Source of the DNA: Thermodesulfobacteriota bacterium | GTDB lineage: Bacteria > Desulfobacterota > Desulfobulbia > Desulfobulbales > SURF-16 | Length of the DNA stretch: 51,165 nt | Assembly: GCA_040755455.1 (NCBI GenBank) | Contig: JBFMAY010000028.1 | Coordinates: forward strand, 1 to 51,165 | Direction: 5' to 3' | Shown here: positions 28,120 through 38,378 of the stretch, one piece after another | Layout of the letters: every line of letters starts with the position of its first letter | How positions within the stretch are numbered: position 1 is the first letter of the stretch | Notes under the pieces: generated by a model | Databases searched by the model: none | What the model was told of the DNA's origin: nothing | What the model saw: the letters and a program-made list of their open reading frames with translations, nothing else | Program-made: the position numbers and the translations under genes

Positions 28120-29222
28120 GCTCCCACTGGGTTGAAATTGACCTTGCCGCCCTGCGGCATAACTGCCGGACCCTGCGGCATCTGCTCGGCGCCGGCACCA
28201 GGATGCTGGCCGTGGTGAAGTCGGATGCCTATGGCCATGGCATGATCCCGGTGGCCCGCACTCTCCACCAGGAGGGCGTGGCTGCCTTCGGCGTGGCCGA
28301 GGTGCATGAAGGGGTGCTGCTGCGGCAGGCCGGCATCAGCGGCGATATCGTGGTCTTTCTCGGCACAGACCTGGAATCGCTGCCGGAGGTGGCGCACCAC
28401 GGTTTGCAGCCGGTGGTCTTTGACCGGGGGCAGGTGGCGGAGATCTCCCGTTTTGCCTGTTCAGCCGCCACCCGCATCGGCGTTCATCTCAAGGTTGACA
28501 CCGGCATGGGCCGGCTGGGCATCCTGCCGGAAGAGGTTGCCGGTTTTGTCGCTTTTCTTAAGGAAAACAGGGGGGTTTATCTCGCCGGGGTGATGAGCCA
28601 TTTTCCCCTGGCCGATGCCTCCGACAGCGAGGCCTGCCGGGCGCAGAACAGGGTTTTTGCCGAGATTCTCAAGCGCAGCGGAACCGCCGGCCATATCGCC
28701 AATTCAGCCGCCCTGCTCCGTTACCCGGATATGCACTGGGATATGGTGCGGCCGGGCATTGCCCTGTATGGCTGTCCTGCCGGGGATGGCGCGTGGGCCG
28801 GCAAGGATGTGCTGCGGCCGGTGATGTCCTTTAAAAGCAGGATCATCCAGGTGAAAGATGTACCGGCCGGCACCGGGGTCAGTTACGGCTATACCTATGT
28901 CACCAGCCGGCAGAGCAGGCTGGCGGTCCTGCCGCTGGGCTACAATGACGGCTACCTGCGGGCCCTGTCCAACAGGGCGGAGGTGCTGGTCAAGGGGCAA
29001 CGGGCTCCCCAGCGCGGCCGGGTATGCATGAACGTCACCATGATCGATGTAACGGATATCCCCGGCGTCCGTGCCGGTGATGAGGCGACGCTGCTGGGAA
29101 CGCAGCAGGGTGGCCGGATCAGCGCCGAAGAGGTGGCCGGCTGGCTGGGCACCATCAATTATGAGGTCCTCTGTCTTTTCGGCAACAACAACCCCCGAGT
29201 TTATGTGGCGGAAAAAAAATAA
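28116..29222 (+). CDS. alr: Alanine racemase
   Basis: AVVKSDAYGHG PLP-Lys motif, HLKVDTGMGRLG, VRPGIALYG, GRVCMN and GTINYE. Confidence 0.97.
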   Translation: MSSHWVEIDLAALRHNCRTLRHLLGAGTRMLAVVKSDAYGHGMIPVARTLHQEGVAAFGVAEVHEGVLLRQAGISGDIVVFLGTDLESLPEVAHHGLQPVVFDRGQVAEISRFACSAATRIGVHLKVDTGMGRLGILPEEVAGFVAFLKENRGVYLAGVMSHFPLADASDSEACRAQNRVFAEILKRSGTAGHIANSAALLRYPDMHWDMVRPGIALYGCPAGDGAWAGKDVLRPVMSFKSRIIQVKDVPAGTGVSYGYTYVTSRQSRLAVLPLGYNDGYLRALSNRAEVLVKGQRAPQRGRVCMNVTMIDVTDIPGVRAGDEATLLGTQQGGRISAEEVAGWLGTINYEVLCLFGNNNPRVYVAEKK

Positions 29223-29312
29223 CTGCCCGCCCAGTCGGATAGTCTGCAGGTGTTCAGCGGGATAGAAGGAATAATTATGCGCGGCAGTTTAACAGACTAC
29301 CGACTAAACAAC

Positions 29313-29417
29313 CTAAGCCGTTGTAAAAAATAACATGGCCAGAGAAATGCGTGAAACGGCATAAAGAGCCGTAACGAAATTGAAAAAATGGCCATGTTAT
29401 TTCGTAACGGCTCCTAA
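29313..29417 (+). repeat. Dispersed ~105-bp palindromic element, copy D (best-preserved terminal inverted repeats)
   Basis: 5' AGCCGTTGTAAAAAATAACATGGCCA pairs with 3' TGGCCATGTTATTTCGTAACGGCT; core ACGGCATAAAGAGCCGTAA at 29356. Confidence 0.9.
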
Positions 29418-29426
29418 ATAGCTATT

Positions 29427-31103
29427 ATGATAAAATCACGTGTAAAAAAATTTCTTGATGAGTGCTTCCTGGCAGGCGTGGAACAGGGGCTGTGGTCTGA
29501 TGCGGCCCGCGGCAGCTACGCGGTGGAGGACCCGAAATTCGAGGGTCAGGGTGATTTCGCCACCAACGCGGCCATGGTCATTGCCGGCTGTGAGAAAAAG
29601 GCCTTGGGCAAAAAAACCAATCCGCGCCAGATCGCCGAGCAGCTGGTTGCGTTAATGGGCAAAGAAAATACCCTGTTCAGCAAAGTCGAGGTGGCTGGGC
29701 CGGGGTTTGTCAATTTTTTTATCAAGGAATCGGTCTGGCAGTCCGTCATCCCGGAGGTGCTGGGCCAGGGGGAGGCGTACGGCAGGGCGGCCGGGAAAAA
29801 CGGCCAGCGGGTGCTGGTGGAATTCGTCAGCGCCAATCCCACCGGGCCGTTAAGTGTCGGCCACGGCCGGCAGGCGGCGCTGGGCGACGCCATTGCCCGG
29901 CTGCTGGCGGCCAGCGGCTATGACGTGGAGCGGGAATATTATTATAACGATGCCGGCCGCCAGATGCGGGTGCTGGGAGAATCAACCAGGGCGCGCTATC
30001 TTGAGCTGCTCGGCCTGCCCCGCGAGTTCCCGGAAGACGGCTATCAGGGTCAGTATATTCTTGACATTGCCCGGGGACTTGTGGACAAATATGGTGATTC
30101 GTTAAAGGATGTTGCCGATGTCACCCCTTTCAAGGAGGCGGCGGAAAGGGCGATCTTTGTTGACATCAACCAGACATTAACGCGCTTCGACGTGGCCTTT
30201 GACAGCTACTATAATGAACACAGCCTGTATGAGAACGGCCTGATTGACGATGTGGTCTCGGCACTGCGGGACCGGGGACTGATTTATGAACAGGACGGCG
30301 CCGTCTGGTTCAAAACCACCGAGTTCGGCCACGACAAGGACCGGGTGATCATCAAAAGCAGCGGCGAGCCCACCTATCGGCTGCCTGATATCGCCTATCA
30401 CCGGGAAAAATTCCGCCGGGGCTATGACTGGCTGGTGGATATCTTCGGATCGGATCATATCGCCACCGTGCCGGATGTGCTGGCCGGGGTCCGGGCCCTG
30501 GGCTATGATGACTCCAGGGTGACGGTCATTCTGCACCAGTTTGTCACCCTGCTGCGGGACGGGCAGCAGGTGAAGATGTCCACCCGCAAGGCCAACTTTG
30601 TCACCGTGGATGAGCTGCTTGATGAGGTGGGGGTTGACGCTGCCCGTTTCTTTTTTCTCATGCGCAAGGCGGACAGCCAGCTTGAGTTTGATCTGGAGCT
30701 GGCCAAAAAGCAGAGCCAGGAAAACCCGGTTTACTATGTGCAGTATGGCCATGCCCGGCTGGCCAGCATCAACCGGCAGGCAAAAGAGAAGGGCGCGCAA
30801 AAAGGCGAGCTGGCCACCGCCCCCCTTGCCCTGCTGACCGCGCCGGAAGAGCAGAAGATTTTGAAGGCCATCGCCGCCTACCCCGGTCTGGTGCTTGAGT
30901 CGGCAAAAGAACTGGCCCCCCACAGGATCGTCTATTATCTGCAGGAGCTTGCCGGCCTTTTCCACAGTTACTATAATAAGCACAAGATCATTTCCGAGGA
31001 TGCCGAGCTGTCCCGGGCCAGGCTCTGGTTCTGTGAAGGGCTGCGGATTGTTTTTCATAACGGCCTGACCCTGCTGGGGATGAGTGCTCCTGAGCACATG
31101 TAA
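29427..31103 (+). CDS. argS: Arginine--tRNA ligase
   Basis: EFVSANPTGPLSVGHGR, EYYYNDAG, KMSTRKA and NPVYYVQYGHARL. Confidence 0.98.
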   Translation: MIKSRVKKFLDECFLAGVEQGLWSDAARGSYAVEDPKFEGQGDFATNAAMVIAGCEKKALGKKTNPRQIAEQLVALMGKENTLFSKVEVAGPGFVNFFIKESVWQSVIPEVLGQGEAYGRAAGKNGQRVLVEFVSANPTGPLSVGHGRQAALGDAIARLLAASGYDVEREYYYNDAGRQMRVLGESTRARYLELLGLPREFPEDGYQGQYILDIARGLVDKYGDSLKDVADVTPFKEAAERAIFVDINQTLTRFDVAFDSYYNEHSLYENGLIDDVVSALRDRGLIYEQDGAVWFKTTEFGHDKDRVIIKSSGEPTYRLPDIAYHREKFRRGYDWLVDIFGSDHIATVPDVLAGVRALGYDDSRVTVILHQFVTLLRDGQQVKMSTRKANFVTVDELLDEVGVDAARFFFLMRKADSQLEFDLELAKKQSQENPVYYVQYGHARLASINRQAKEKGAQKGELATAPLALLTAPEEQKILKAIAAYPGLVLESAKELAPHRIVYYLQELAGLFHSYYNKHKIISEDAELSRARLWFCEGLRIVFHNGLTLLGMSAPEHM

Positions 31104-31107
31104 GGGT

Positions 31108-31698
31108 ATGGCGGTAAAAAGACAGAAAAAAAGATGGTTGACCTTCCGCATTGAATTGGGCCTCGGCGGCATGCTGGGTCTGGGTGTCGTCTGTTTCTGC
31201 ATATTCCTGTGGATGTTTCTGCTGGGTGTGTGGAGCGGTCAGACCGTGCTGTTGCCGTCCACCCCGGGAAAAGGCCCGGACATGCTGACCAGAATGGCCT
31301 CGGAACTGTGGCAGCAGGGCAAGGCCAGGGTGCGGGAGGGAGCCGTGCTGCCGCAAGATGGGCAGGTTGATGAGGCCGGGCCGGGCAAGGATGCCGCCGG
31401 CGCAAGCGGCGGCGCGGAAGGACAGGCGGAGCCGTCATTCTTTTCATTGCAGGTTGGCTCGTTTCGCGATAAAAAAAAGGCGCAGCGTGAGGTGCTGGGC
31501 TGGAAGGCCAAGGGCCAGGATGCCTTTTTTCTGCCTCCCGAGGAGGGGGCCGATGCCTTCCGGATCTTTATCGGCAGGTTTGAGAAACTGGCTGAGGCCA
31601 ATGAGATCGCCGCCCGCCTTGAGAGCGAAGAAGAGGTGCGGGCCTATGTCACCCTGCTGCCGGCCGCCAAAGTTGCCGCGGTCCCGGCTGAACAATAA
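31108..31698 (+). CDS. Membrane-anchored SPOR-domain protein (FtsN/DedD-like)
   Basis: N-terminal TM helix, low-complexity linker, FSLQVGSF...FRIFIGRF SPOR domain; typical position after argS. Confidence 0.85.
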   Translation: MAVKRQKKRWLTFRIELGLGGMLGLGVVCFCIFLWMFLLGVWSGQTVLLPSTPGKGPDMLTRMASELWQQGKARVREGAVLPQDGQVDEAGPGKDAAGASGGAEGQAEPSFFSLQVGSFRDKKKAQREVLGWKAKGQDAFFLPPEEGADAFRIFIGRFEKLAEANEIAARLESEEEVRAYVTLLPAAKVAAVPAEQ

Positions 31699-31778
31699 AG
31701 GATTCATCTGTTAATGACTTGCTGCCCGCGGCGATGATGATCGGGCCGGGCGGCGGATAAAAAAGGATACACAAGCAT

Positions 31779-32246
31779 ATGATCCGTAATGCCCGCATGG
31801 AAGATGTGAAGCCGATTTATAATCTGCTGCATCATTTTTCCAACAAAGGTCTGCTCCTGGCGCGATCGTTCAGCTCTCTCTATGATCAGCTGCGTGATTT
31901 CCACGTTTGTGTGGAGCCGCAGGGTGAGGGTGAGCTGATAGTCGGGGTGGGCGCCCTGCATATCCTCTGGGAGGATCTGGCGGAAATACGTTCATTGGCG
32001 GTTGATGAAAATTTCCAGCGCAAAGGCATCGGCACCCGGCTTGTTGCCGCCTGTCTGGCCGAAGCGGAAACCTTCGGCATCCGCCGGGTATTCACGTTGA
32101 CCTATCAGCCGGGATTTTTTGCTGGTCTCGGCTTTACATCTATCGATAAAAAAGAACTGCCCCATAAGGTTTGGAGCGATTGCATCAACTGCCCCAAATT
32201 TCCGGACTGCAATGAAGAAGCAATGATCTGGCAGAAGCAGGGGTAA
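31779..32246 (+). CDS. GNAT acetyltransferase, short amino-acid N-acetyltransferase (ArgA-like)
   Basis: LAEIRSLAV, RKGIG, VFTLTY, LPHKVWSDCINCPKFPDCNE; argJ nearby. Confidence 0.85.
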   Translation: MIRNARMEDVKPIYNLLHHFSNKGLLLARSFSSLYDQLRDFHVCVEPQGEGELIVGVGALHILWEDLAEIRSLAVDENFQRKGIGTRLVAACLAEAETFGIRRVFTLTYQPGFFAGLGFTSIDKKELPHKVWSDCINCPKFPDCNEEAMIWQKQG

Positions 32247-32255
32247 GGAGTTTTC

Positions 32256-34799
32256 ATGATTGGACAGGTTCTGACAAGGTTTTTTGGCAGCAGAAACGAT
32301 CGGGTGTTGAAGAAGATTCAACCCATGGTGGAGCGGATAAACAAACTCGAGCCGGCGATGCAGAAGTTGGACGATGCCGGCCTGGCCGCCAAAACCGTGG
32401 AGTTTAAAGGCAGGCTGGAAAAGGGGGAAACCCTGGATCAGCTGCTGGTCGAGGCCTTTGCCGTGGCCCGGGAGGCTTCGGTGCGGGTGCTGGGGCTGCG
32501 GCCCTATGACGTGCAGCTCATCGGCGGCATTATCCTCCATCAGGGCAAAATCGCCGAGATGAAGACCGGCGAGGGCAAGACCCTGGTGGCCACCCTGCCG
32601 GTTTATCTCAATGCCCTGGCCGGCAAGGGCGTGCATGTCGTCACGGTCAATGATTACCTGGCCCGGCGTGACAGCGAATGGATGGGCGGCATCTACCATT
32701 TTCTCGGGCTTTCCACCGGCACCATCCTGCACGGCCTGGATGACGCCGAGCGCAGGGCCGCTTACGCCGCGGATGTCACCTACGGCACCAACAATGAGTT
32801 CGGTTTTGACTACCTGCGGGACAACATGAAGTTCAGGCTGGAGGATTACTGCCAGCGCAAGCATTTCTACGCCATTGTCGACGAGGTGGACAGCATCCTC
32901 ATCGACGAGGCCCGCACGCCGCTGATCATCTCCGGTCCGTCCGAGATGTCCACCGAGCTCTACCATGAGGTGAACAAGGTCATCCCCCAATTTGAAAAGG
33001 ATGAGCATTACGAGGTCGATGAGAAGGCCAGGTCCCTGGCCATGACCGAGGAAGGCATCGCCCTGGGGGAAAAGCTGCTGAAGGTGGAAAATCTCTATGA
33101 CCCGAAAAATATTGAGCTGCTGCACCACCTCAACCAGGGACTCAAGGCCCACCATCTGTTCACCCGGGATATCGATTATCTGGTGCACAACGGCGAGGTG
33201 GTCATTGTCGACGAGTTTACCGGCCGCACCATGCCGGGCCGGCGTTACAGCGACGGGCTGCATCAGGCCCTGGAGGCCAAGGAGGGGGTCAAGATCGAGC
33301 GGGAAAACCAGACGCTGGCCTCCATCACCTTCCAGAATTATTTCCGCATGTATGAGAAGCTGGCCGGCATGACCGGCACGGCGGACACCGAGGCGGCGGA
33401 GTTCAAGAAGATCTATAATCTTGAAGTTACGGTCATTCCCACCCACAAGGACATGATCAGGCTTGATTATGCCGATGTCATCTACAAAAACGCCAAGGCC
33501 AAATTCCGGGCCGTGGTCAAGGAAATCAAGGAGCTGCATGCCAAGGGCCAGCCGGTGCTGGTCGGTACGGTCAATATTGAAATTTCCGAGATGCTGTCCG
33601 GCATGCTGAAAAAAGAGGGCGTGCCCCACTCGGTGCTCAATGCCAAGCATCATGCCCAGGAGGCCGAGATCGTGGCCGAGGCGGGCCACAAGGGCCGGGT
33701 GACCATTGCCACCAATATGGCCGGCCGCGGCACGGATATCAAGCTGGCCGAGGGGGTGGCCGAGCTGGGCGGGCTGCACATTCTCGGCACCGGCCGGCAT
33801 GAGTCCCGGCGCATCGACAACCAGCTCAGGGGCCGGTCGGGACGCCAGGGCGACCCAGGCTCCTCCCGTTTTTATCTGTCGCTTGAGGATGACCTGCTGC
33901 GCATCTTCGGCTCCGACCGCATTGCCGGCATCATGGACAAGCTGGGCATGGAAGAGGATGAGCCCATCGAGCACAACATGATCTCCAAGGCCATTGAGAA
34001 TGCCCAGCGCAAGGTGGAAGGCCATAACTTCGACATCAGAAAGCATCTGCTGGAATACGATGATGTCATGAACATGCAGCGCGGGGTCATCTATAAGCAG
34101 CGGCTTGAGGTGCTGGGCAGCGACAATGTGAAAAGCATCATTGATGACATGCTGGTTGACCTGTGCGCCGCCATCACCCAGGAGCTCTGCGACGAGAAGT
34201 TCGCCTCCGAAGAATGGGAATGGGATCTGATCCATGAGCGGGCGCTGGCCACCATGGGCGTGGTGCTGCACTGGGAAGAGAGTGAGCGGGCGGGCCTGAA
34301 GGCCGCAGTCTTTGAAGAGAAGCTGCTGCAGCTCGCCAGGGCCGCCTATGCCGCCAAGGAGCAGGAGGTGGGCGAGGCGAACATGCGCCATCTGGAGAGG
34401 GTGATTCTCCTGCAGATCGTCGATACCTTCTGGAAGGATCATCTGCTGAGCATGGACCACCTGAAAGAGGGGATCGGCCTGCGCGGCTACGGCCAGAAAA
34501 ATCCGCTGGATGAGTATAAGAAGGAAGGGTACAAGATGTTCACCGAGCTTATGCAGCGGGTGAAGGAGAAGACGGTCTCCACCCTGCTCCGCGTCCAGCT
34601 GGCCAGAACCGAGGAGGTGGAGGAGCTTGAGGCGGAGCGGCGGCGCCGGCACCAGCAGATGCAGATGAGGCGCAGCGACGAGCAGGCGGCGGACATGAAG
34701 AAGCATCCGCACCGGGAGGGGCAGAAGGTGGGACGCAACGCCCCCTGTCCCTGCGGCAGCGGAAAAAAATACAAGAAGTGCTGCGGAGAGACGGATTAA
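32256..34799 (+). CDS. secA: Preprotein translocase ATPase SecA
   Basis: [51 protein letters not shown] and [17 protein letters not shown]. Confidence 0.99.
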   Translation: MIGQVLTRFFGSRNDRVLKKIQPMVERINKLEPAMQKLDDAGLAAKTVEFKGRLEKGETLDQLLVEAFAVAREASVRVLGLRPYDVQLIGGIILHQGKIAEMKTGEGKTLVATLPVYLNALAGKGVHVVTVNDYLARRDSEWMGGIYHFLGLSTGTILHGLDDAERRAAYAADVTYGTNNEFGFDYLRDNMKFRLEDYCQRKHFYAIVDEVDSILIDEARTPLIISGPSEMSTELYHEVNKVIPQFEKDEHYEVDEKARSLAMTEEGIALGEKLLKVENLYDPKNIELLHHLNQGLKAHHLFTRDIDYLVHNGEVVIVDEFTGRTMPGRRYSDGLHQALEAKEGVKIERENQTLASITFQNYFRMYEKLAGMTGTADTEAAEFKKIYNLEVTVIPTHKDMIRLDYADVIYKNAKAKFRAVVKEIKELHAKGQPVLVGTVNIEISEMLSGMLKKEGVPHSVLNAKHHAQEAEIVAEAGHKGRVTIATNMAGRGTDIKLAEGVAELGGLHILGTGRHESRRIDNQLRGRSGRQGDPGSSRFYLSLEDDLLRIFGSDRIAGIMDKLGMEEDEPIEHNMISKAIENAQRKVEGHNFDIRKHLLEYDDVMNMQRGVIYKQRLEVLGSDNVKSIIDDMLVDLCAAITQELCDEKFASEEWEWDLIHERALATMGVVLHWEESERAGLKAAVFEEKLLQLARAAYAAKEQEVGEANMRHLERVILLQIVDTFWKDHLLSMDHLKEGIGLRGYGQKNPLDEYKKEGYKMFTELMQRVKEKTVSTLLRVQLARTEEVEELEAERRRRHQQMQMRRSDEQAADMKKHPHREGQKVGRNAPCPCGSGKKYKKCCGETD

Positions 34800-34801
34800 G
34801 G

Positions 34802-35998
34802 ATGAAAGACAAATTGCAGGTTGCGGGTTTTAAGGCAGGGGCGGTAAAGGCGGGAATCCGGGGCAAGGACAGGCTGGATGTGGCCATGATCTATTCCGTG
34901 GCGCCGGCCGCGGCCGCCGGGGTTTTCACCACCAGCAAGGTGAAGGCTGCGCCGGTGCTGCTTGACATGGAATATCTGCGGGACGGCAAGGCCCAGGCCA
35001 TCATCGTCAACAGCGGTATCGCCAATGCCTGTACCGGCAAGACGGGCATGGAGCTGGCCCGGGGCACCGCGCGGCTGGCGGCCGGGCAACTCGGCCTGGC
35101 CGAGGAGCTGGTGCTGGTCGCCTCCACCGGGGTCATCGGCCAGCAGCTCGATCTGGCCATATTCAGCAACTGCATGGCGCCCCTGGCTGACTCTTTGCGG
35201 GAGGATGGCTTTGCCGATGTGGCCCGGGCCATGATGACCACCGATACGGTGCCCAAGACCGCCCGGCGTGAAGTGGAACTCGCAGGCCAAAAGATTACCA
35301 TGCTCGGCCTGGCCAAGGGGGCCGGCATGATCATGCCCAACATGGCCACCATGCTCAGCTTCATCGTCACCGATGCGGCGGTGGAGGCCTCTGTGCTGCA
35401 GGAGATGCTGCGCCAAAGTGTTGCCCGCTCCTTTAACGCCGTTACCGTGGATGGCGATACCAGCACCAACGATACCGTGCTGGTGCTGGCCAACGGCCAG
35501 GCCGGCAATGCGCCAATCGACCGCCTTGATGCCGCGGACGGCATGGCTTTCCGGCAGGCCCTCGATGATCTCTGCCTGGATCTGGCCCTGCAGATCGTCA
35601 AAGACGGGGAAGGGGCCACCAAGCTCATCACCGTCCATGTCAGAGGGGCCGCAAGTGCGCGGGAGGCGGATCAGGCCGCCCGCACCGTGGCCAATTCAAG
35701 CCTGGTGAAAACCGCCTTCTTCGGCGAGGATGCCAACTGGGGCCGGATCATAGCCGCTCTCGGCCGTTCCGGGGTTGCCTTTGAGCCGGACCAGGTTGAT
35801 ATCGCCTTTGATGATGTGCTGATGGTCCGCGATGGACTGGGCCTGGGGGCCGAGCAGGAGAAGCTGGCCACCAAGGTCTTGAAGCAGGCGGCCTTTTCCG
35901 TGGTCATCGACCTCAAGGCCGGTCAGGCTGAGGCGAAAATCCATACCTGCGACCTCTCGCTGGACTATATCCGTATCAACGCCGATTACCGCTCTTAG
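34802..35998 (+). CDS. argJ: Bifunctional glutamate N-acetyltransferase/amino-acid acetyltransferase
   Basis: NSGIANACTG, STGVIG, KGAGMIMPNMATML, DGDTSTND, DGEGATK and NADYRS. Confidence 0.98.
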   Translation: MKDKLQVAGFKAGAVKAGIRGKDRLDVAMIYSVAPAAAAGVFTTSKVKAAPVLLDMEYLRDGKAQAIIVNSGIANACTGKTGMELARGTARLAAGQLGLAEELVLVASTGVIGQQLDLAIFSNCMAPLADSLREDGFADVARAMMTTDTVPKTARREVELAGQKITMLGLAKGAGMIMPNMATMLSFIVTDAAVEASVLQEMLRQSVARSFNAVTVDGDTSTNDTVLVLANGQAGNAPIDRLDAADGMAFRQALDDLCLDLALQIVKDGEGATKLITVHVRGAASAREADQAARTVANSSLVKTAFFGEDANWGRIIAALGRSGVAFEPDQVDIAFDDVLMVRDGLGLGAEQEKLATKVLKQAAFSVVIDLKAGQAEAKIHTCDLSLDYIRINADYRS

Positions 35999-36089
35999 GG
36001 ACTCGGAAAATACAAATATACCTGGATCCCGCCCGAATCTAACCCGAAGACGGGATGCGTTATGGTAAATTGGTATTTTCCGAGTCCCT
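35997..36089. mobile_element. MITE-like element, 93 bp, with 26-bp terminal inverted repeats
   Basis: agggactcggaaaatacaaatatacc versus the reverse complement of ggtaaattggtattttccgagtccct (24/26 match); begins within the argJ TAG. Confidence 0.7.
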
Positions 36090-36191
36090 TCAACAAGGGG
36101 CGGTTCCAGACCAAGTGTCGCCCGATGAAATTTTTCTCAGGGTTCCTGAATTTTTCCGCATGATTTGGTGAATGGTTGATCGTATGAACTA

Positions 36192-36441
36192 AGGGACTTG
36201 GAAATTACACATTTATCATGCTATCCAGCAAATATCCGTTCCATAACTTGGTTTTGCAATGCCACATCCCCCATCGCAGACCGTCGCGCAGGCCAGGGAG
36301 TCAAATCAACCAAACGCGAAATCAAGCCCACCAATTCTGACGATACTCCATTCCGAAGCAAAGTCGATGTCTTCATACCCAGCCCCCCTTTCATGCAGTA
36401 TGAAAACATCATAACGGTAATTCAGTATTTTCCAAGCCCCT
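36192..36441. mobile_element. Second, longer (~250 bp) MITE-like element of the same TIR family
   Basis: Left end agggacttggaaattac, right end gtattttccaagcccct; flanked by CTA and TAG. Confidence 0.6.
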
Positions 36442-36515
36442 TAGTACGCATTATATACTTCACCAGTACGGACAGATTTTCCATGCAATGTCCTGGCAGT
36501 CTCCTTTTCCATTCA

Positions 36516-38066
36516 TCATTCAGATGGGGGAAGCATGCTTACCTCATTGGCATCAAAGACCACGACCTCTCGTTGCTTCCTTTCCGTCTGGGGATCAGCT
36601 GCCTCCCCTGCCCCGATGAAACTGCGCAGCTGACCAACCAGGCCCTTCAAGGTAACCACCTCATGATGCAAAGAACTGCATGCCTCGGCGGACTCTTCGG
36701 CATGTGCCGCGTTCTTCTGGGTGACCCCGTCAACTTCATGTACCGCCCGACTGATCTGTTCGATGCCGTCATCCTGCTGTACGGAGGATGCGGCGATATC
36801 CGCCACCAGGGTTCGCACCTTCCGGCTGATATCCGACACCTGCTGGAAGATCGCATTGTTTTTCTTCATCCGTTCAGCCCCTTGACTGACCTTTTCCATG
36901 GTTGCGGCAATGAGGGTCTCGGTATTCTTTGCCGATTCCGCGGCGCGCATGGCAAGATTGCGTACCTCGTCCGCCACCACGGCAAAACCTGCGCCCGCCT
37001 CGCCAGCCCTGGCGGCTTCCACCGCAGCATTTAAAGCCAGCAGGTTGGTTTGAAAGGCAATCTCATCAATGGTTTTGATGACTTTAGCGGTTTCTTCACT
37101 GGCCTGGGAAATCTCCTGCATGGAGATGCTCAATTCGTTCATGGCACGGTTGGCATTGTCGATGACGGCGGCGGCATCCGCCATGAGTCGGTTTGCTTCT
37201 GTCGCGCTCTGTTTGTTGTTCCGGGTCATGGAGGAAATCTCCTCCAGGGAAGCGGCGGTCTCTTCGAGTGCCGCAGCCTGTTCAGCAGCACCTTGGGCCA
37301 GGACAATGCTGCCGGAATCGATCTCGGTTGCCGCCTGGTTTACTGTCAGTACACTGTCGGTTACCGAATTGCTGATGGCGGTGATGGTGGAAAGAATTTT
37401 CCTGTTGCTCAGAAAGCCCACCACTGCAATGAGAAGGGTGGCCACGATGCCGGTAAAGAGGAGAAAACGCTTGGCATAGGCATTGAGCCGCATGGACGCT
37501 TCCGAATTGGCCGTAAACATGTCGTTGCCCCTCTGTGTGAGTGCATCGAGTGCTTCCTCAAAAGCGTGGATGGGTTCCTTACTCACCCCCATGAGTTTGT
37601 TTGCCTCCTGCGGTGTGATTGCCGGATTACTTTTTACCTGGTCAACCACCTGATAAAATCCGTGCTGATAATCGGCAAATGATTTTTCGAGTTGATCGAT
37701 CATGGCCCAATCATGTTGCGAGACGGTTTCCACCCCGGAAGAAGCAATTTCTTTTAGTCTGTCGACATACCCCTTCAGTACTTTGGTCTGGGCGTTGAAC
37801 TTGTCAAGATAGGCGGCCTGCTTTTCTCCATTGCCGATATTGAGCAGAAAATCCTTTTCATAGCGTCGGTGCATGAGCATTTCGCTCTTTAGCAGGGCAG
37901 CGGTAACAATGATGGGGGCATCTTCTTCGACAATGTCAGCCATCAAGTTGATATTCTGATGAAACTGAAAAAAAGATGTGAAGCAGAGAATTGCTGTGAT
38001 GAACCCGGCGACACTGAAACCACTGAAGAGAATTTTTTTGATAGTCAATTTTCCAGGAAGAGACAT
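36516..38066 (-). CDS. Methyl-accepting chemotaxis protein with a four-helix-bundle sensor domain
   Basis: Two TM helices around a RRYEKDFLL periplasmic domain; [40 protein letters not shown]. Confidence 0.96.
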   Translation of the reverse strand: MSLPGKLTIKKILFSGFSVAGFITAILCFTSFFQFHQNINLMADIVEEDAPIIVTAALLKSEMLMHRRYEKDFLLNIGNGEKQAAYLDKFNAQTKVLKGYVDRLKEIASSGVETVSQHDWAMIDQLEKSFADYQHGFYQVVDQVKSNPAITPQEANKLMGVSKEPIHAFEEALDALTQRGNDMFTANSEASMRLNAYAKRFLLFTGIVATLLIAVVGFLSNRKILSTITAISNSVTDSVLTVNQAATEIDSGSIVLAQGAAEQAAALEETAASLEEISSMTRNNKQSATEANRLMADAAAVIDNANRAMNELSISMQEISQASEETAKVIKTIDEIAFQTNLLALNAAVEAARAGEAGAGFAVVADEVRNLAMRAAESAKNTETLIAATMEKVSQGAERMKKNNAIFQQVSDISRKVRTLVADIAASSVQQDDGIEQISRAVHEVDGVTQKNAAHAEESAEACSSLHHEVVTLKGLVGQLRSFIGAGEAADPQTERKQREVVVFDANEVSMLPPSE

Positions 38067-38378
38067 CACGCACCTTTGATGAAATTAGTTTTTAAGAAAA
38101 GGTATCAATCATCATTTTGATTATCATATCGCTGAAGCTGAAACTCAAGCACGATAATGTTAGTTTTTGGTTAGGATTATGTTAGGAAGTGAGCAGCGCC
38201 CTCTTTTTCCACGGTTCCGAAAAGGAGGCGGTGGGAATAAAAAACATGCAACAACTATTGGGAATAAAGGTTTTGGATAGGGTTGCGGCAGAAATGGCAT
38301 CAATATCAACTTGAGAACTACAATTGCCTCAAGCGAGCCGGTCTGGAGAATATGCCAGGTCGTTGCGTGAAAATTCCG

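Noticed and set aside
10395..29417. The four palindromic elements as a CRISPR array or integron attC sites
   Set aside because: They are kilobases apart, flank core genes on both strands, and no cas gene or integron integrase is present
31992..34712. 906-aa minus-strand ORF
   Set aside because: Antisense shadow of secA produced by GC-rich codon bias; no recognisable motifs
36198..37034. 278-aa plus-strand ORF starting in the MITE-like element, as a possible transposase
   Set aside because: Mostly antisense to the MCP gene; no DDE or HUH motifs
38070..38378. Riboswitch (c-di-GMP) or sigma54/sigma28 promoter upstream of the MCP gene
   Set aside because: Only a generic hairpin (about 38197-38230) is visible; consensus elements and spacing do not match
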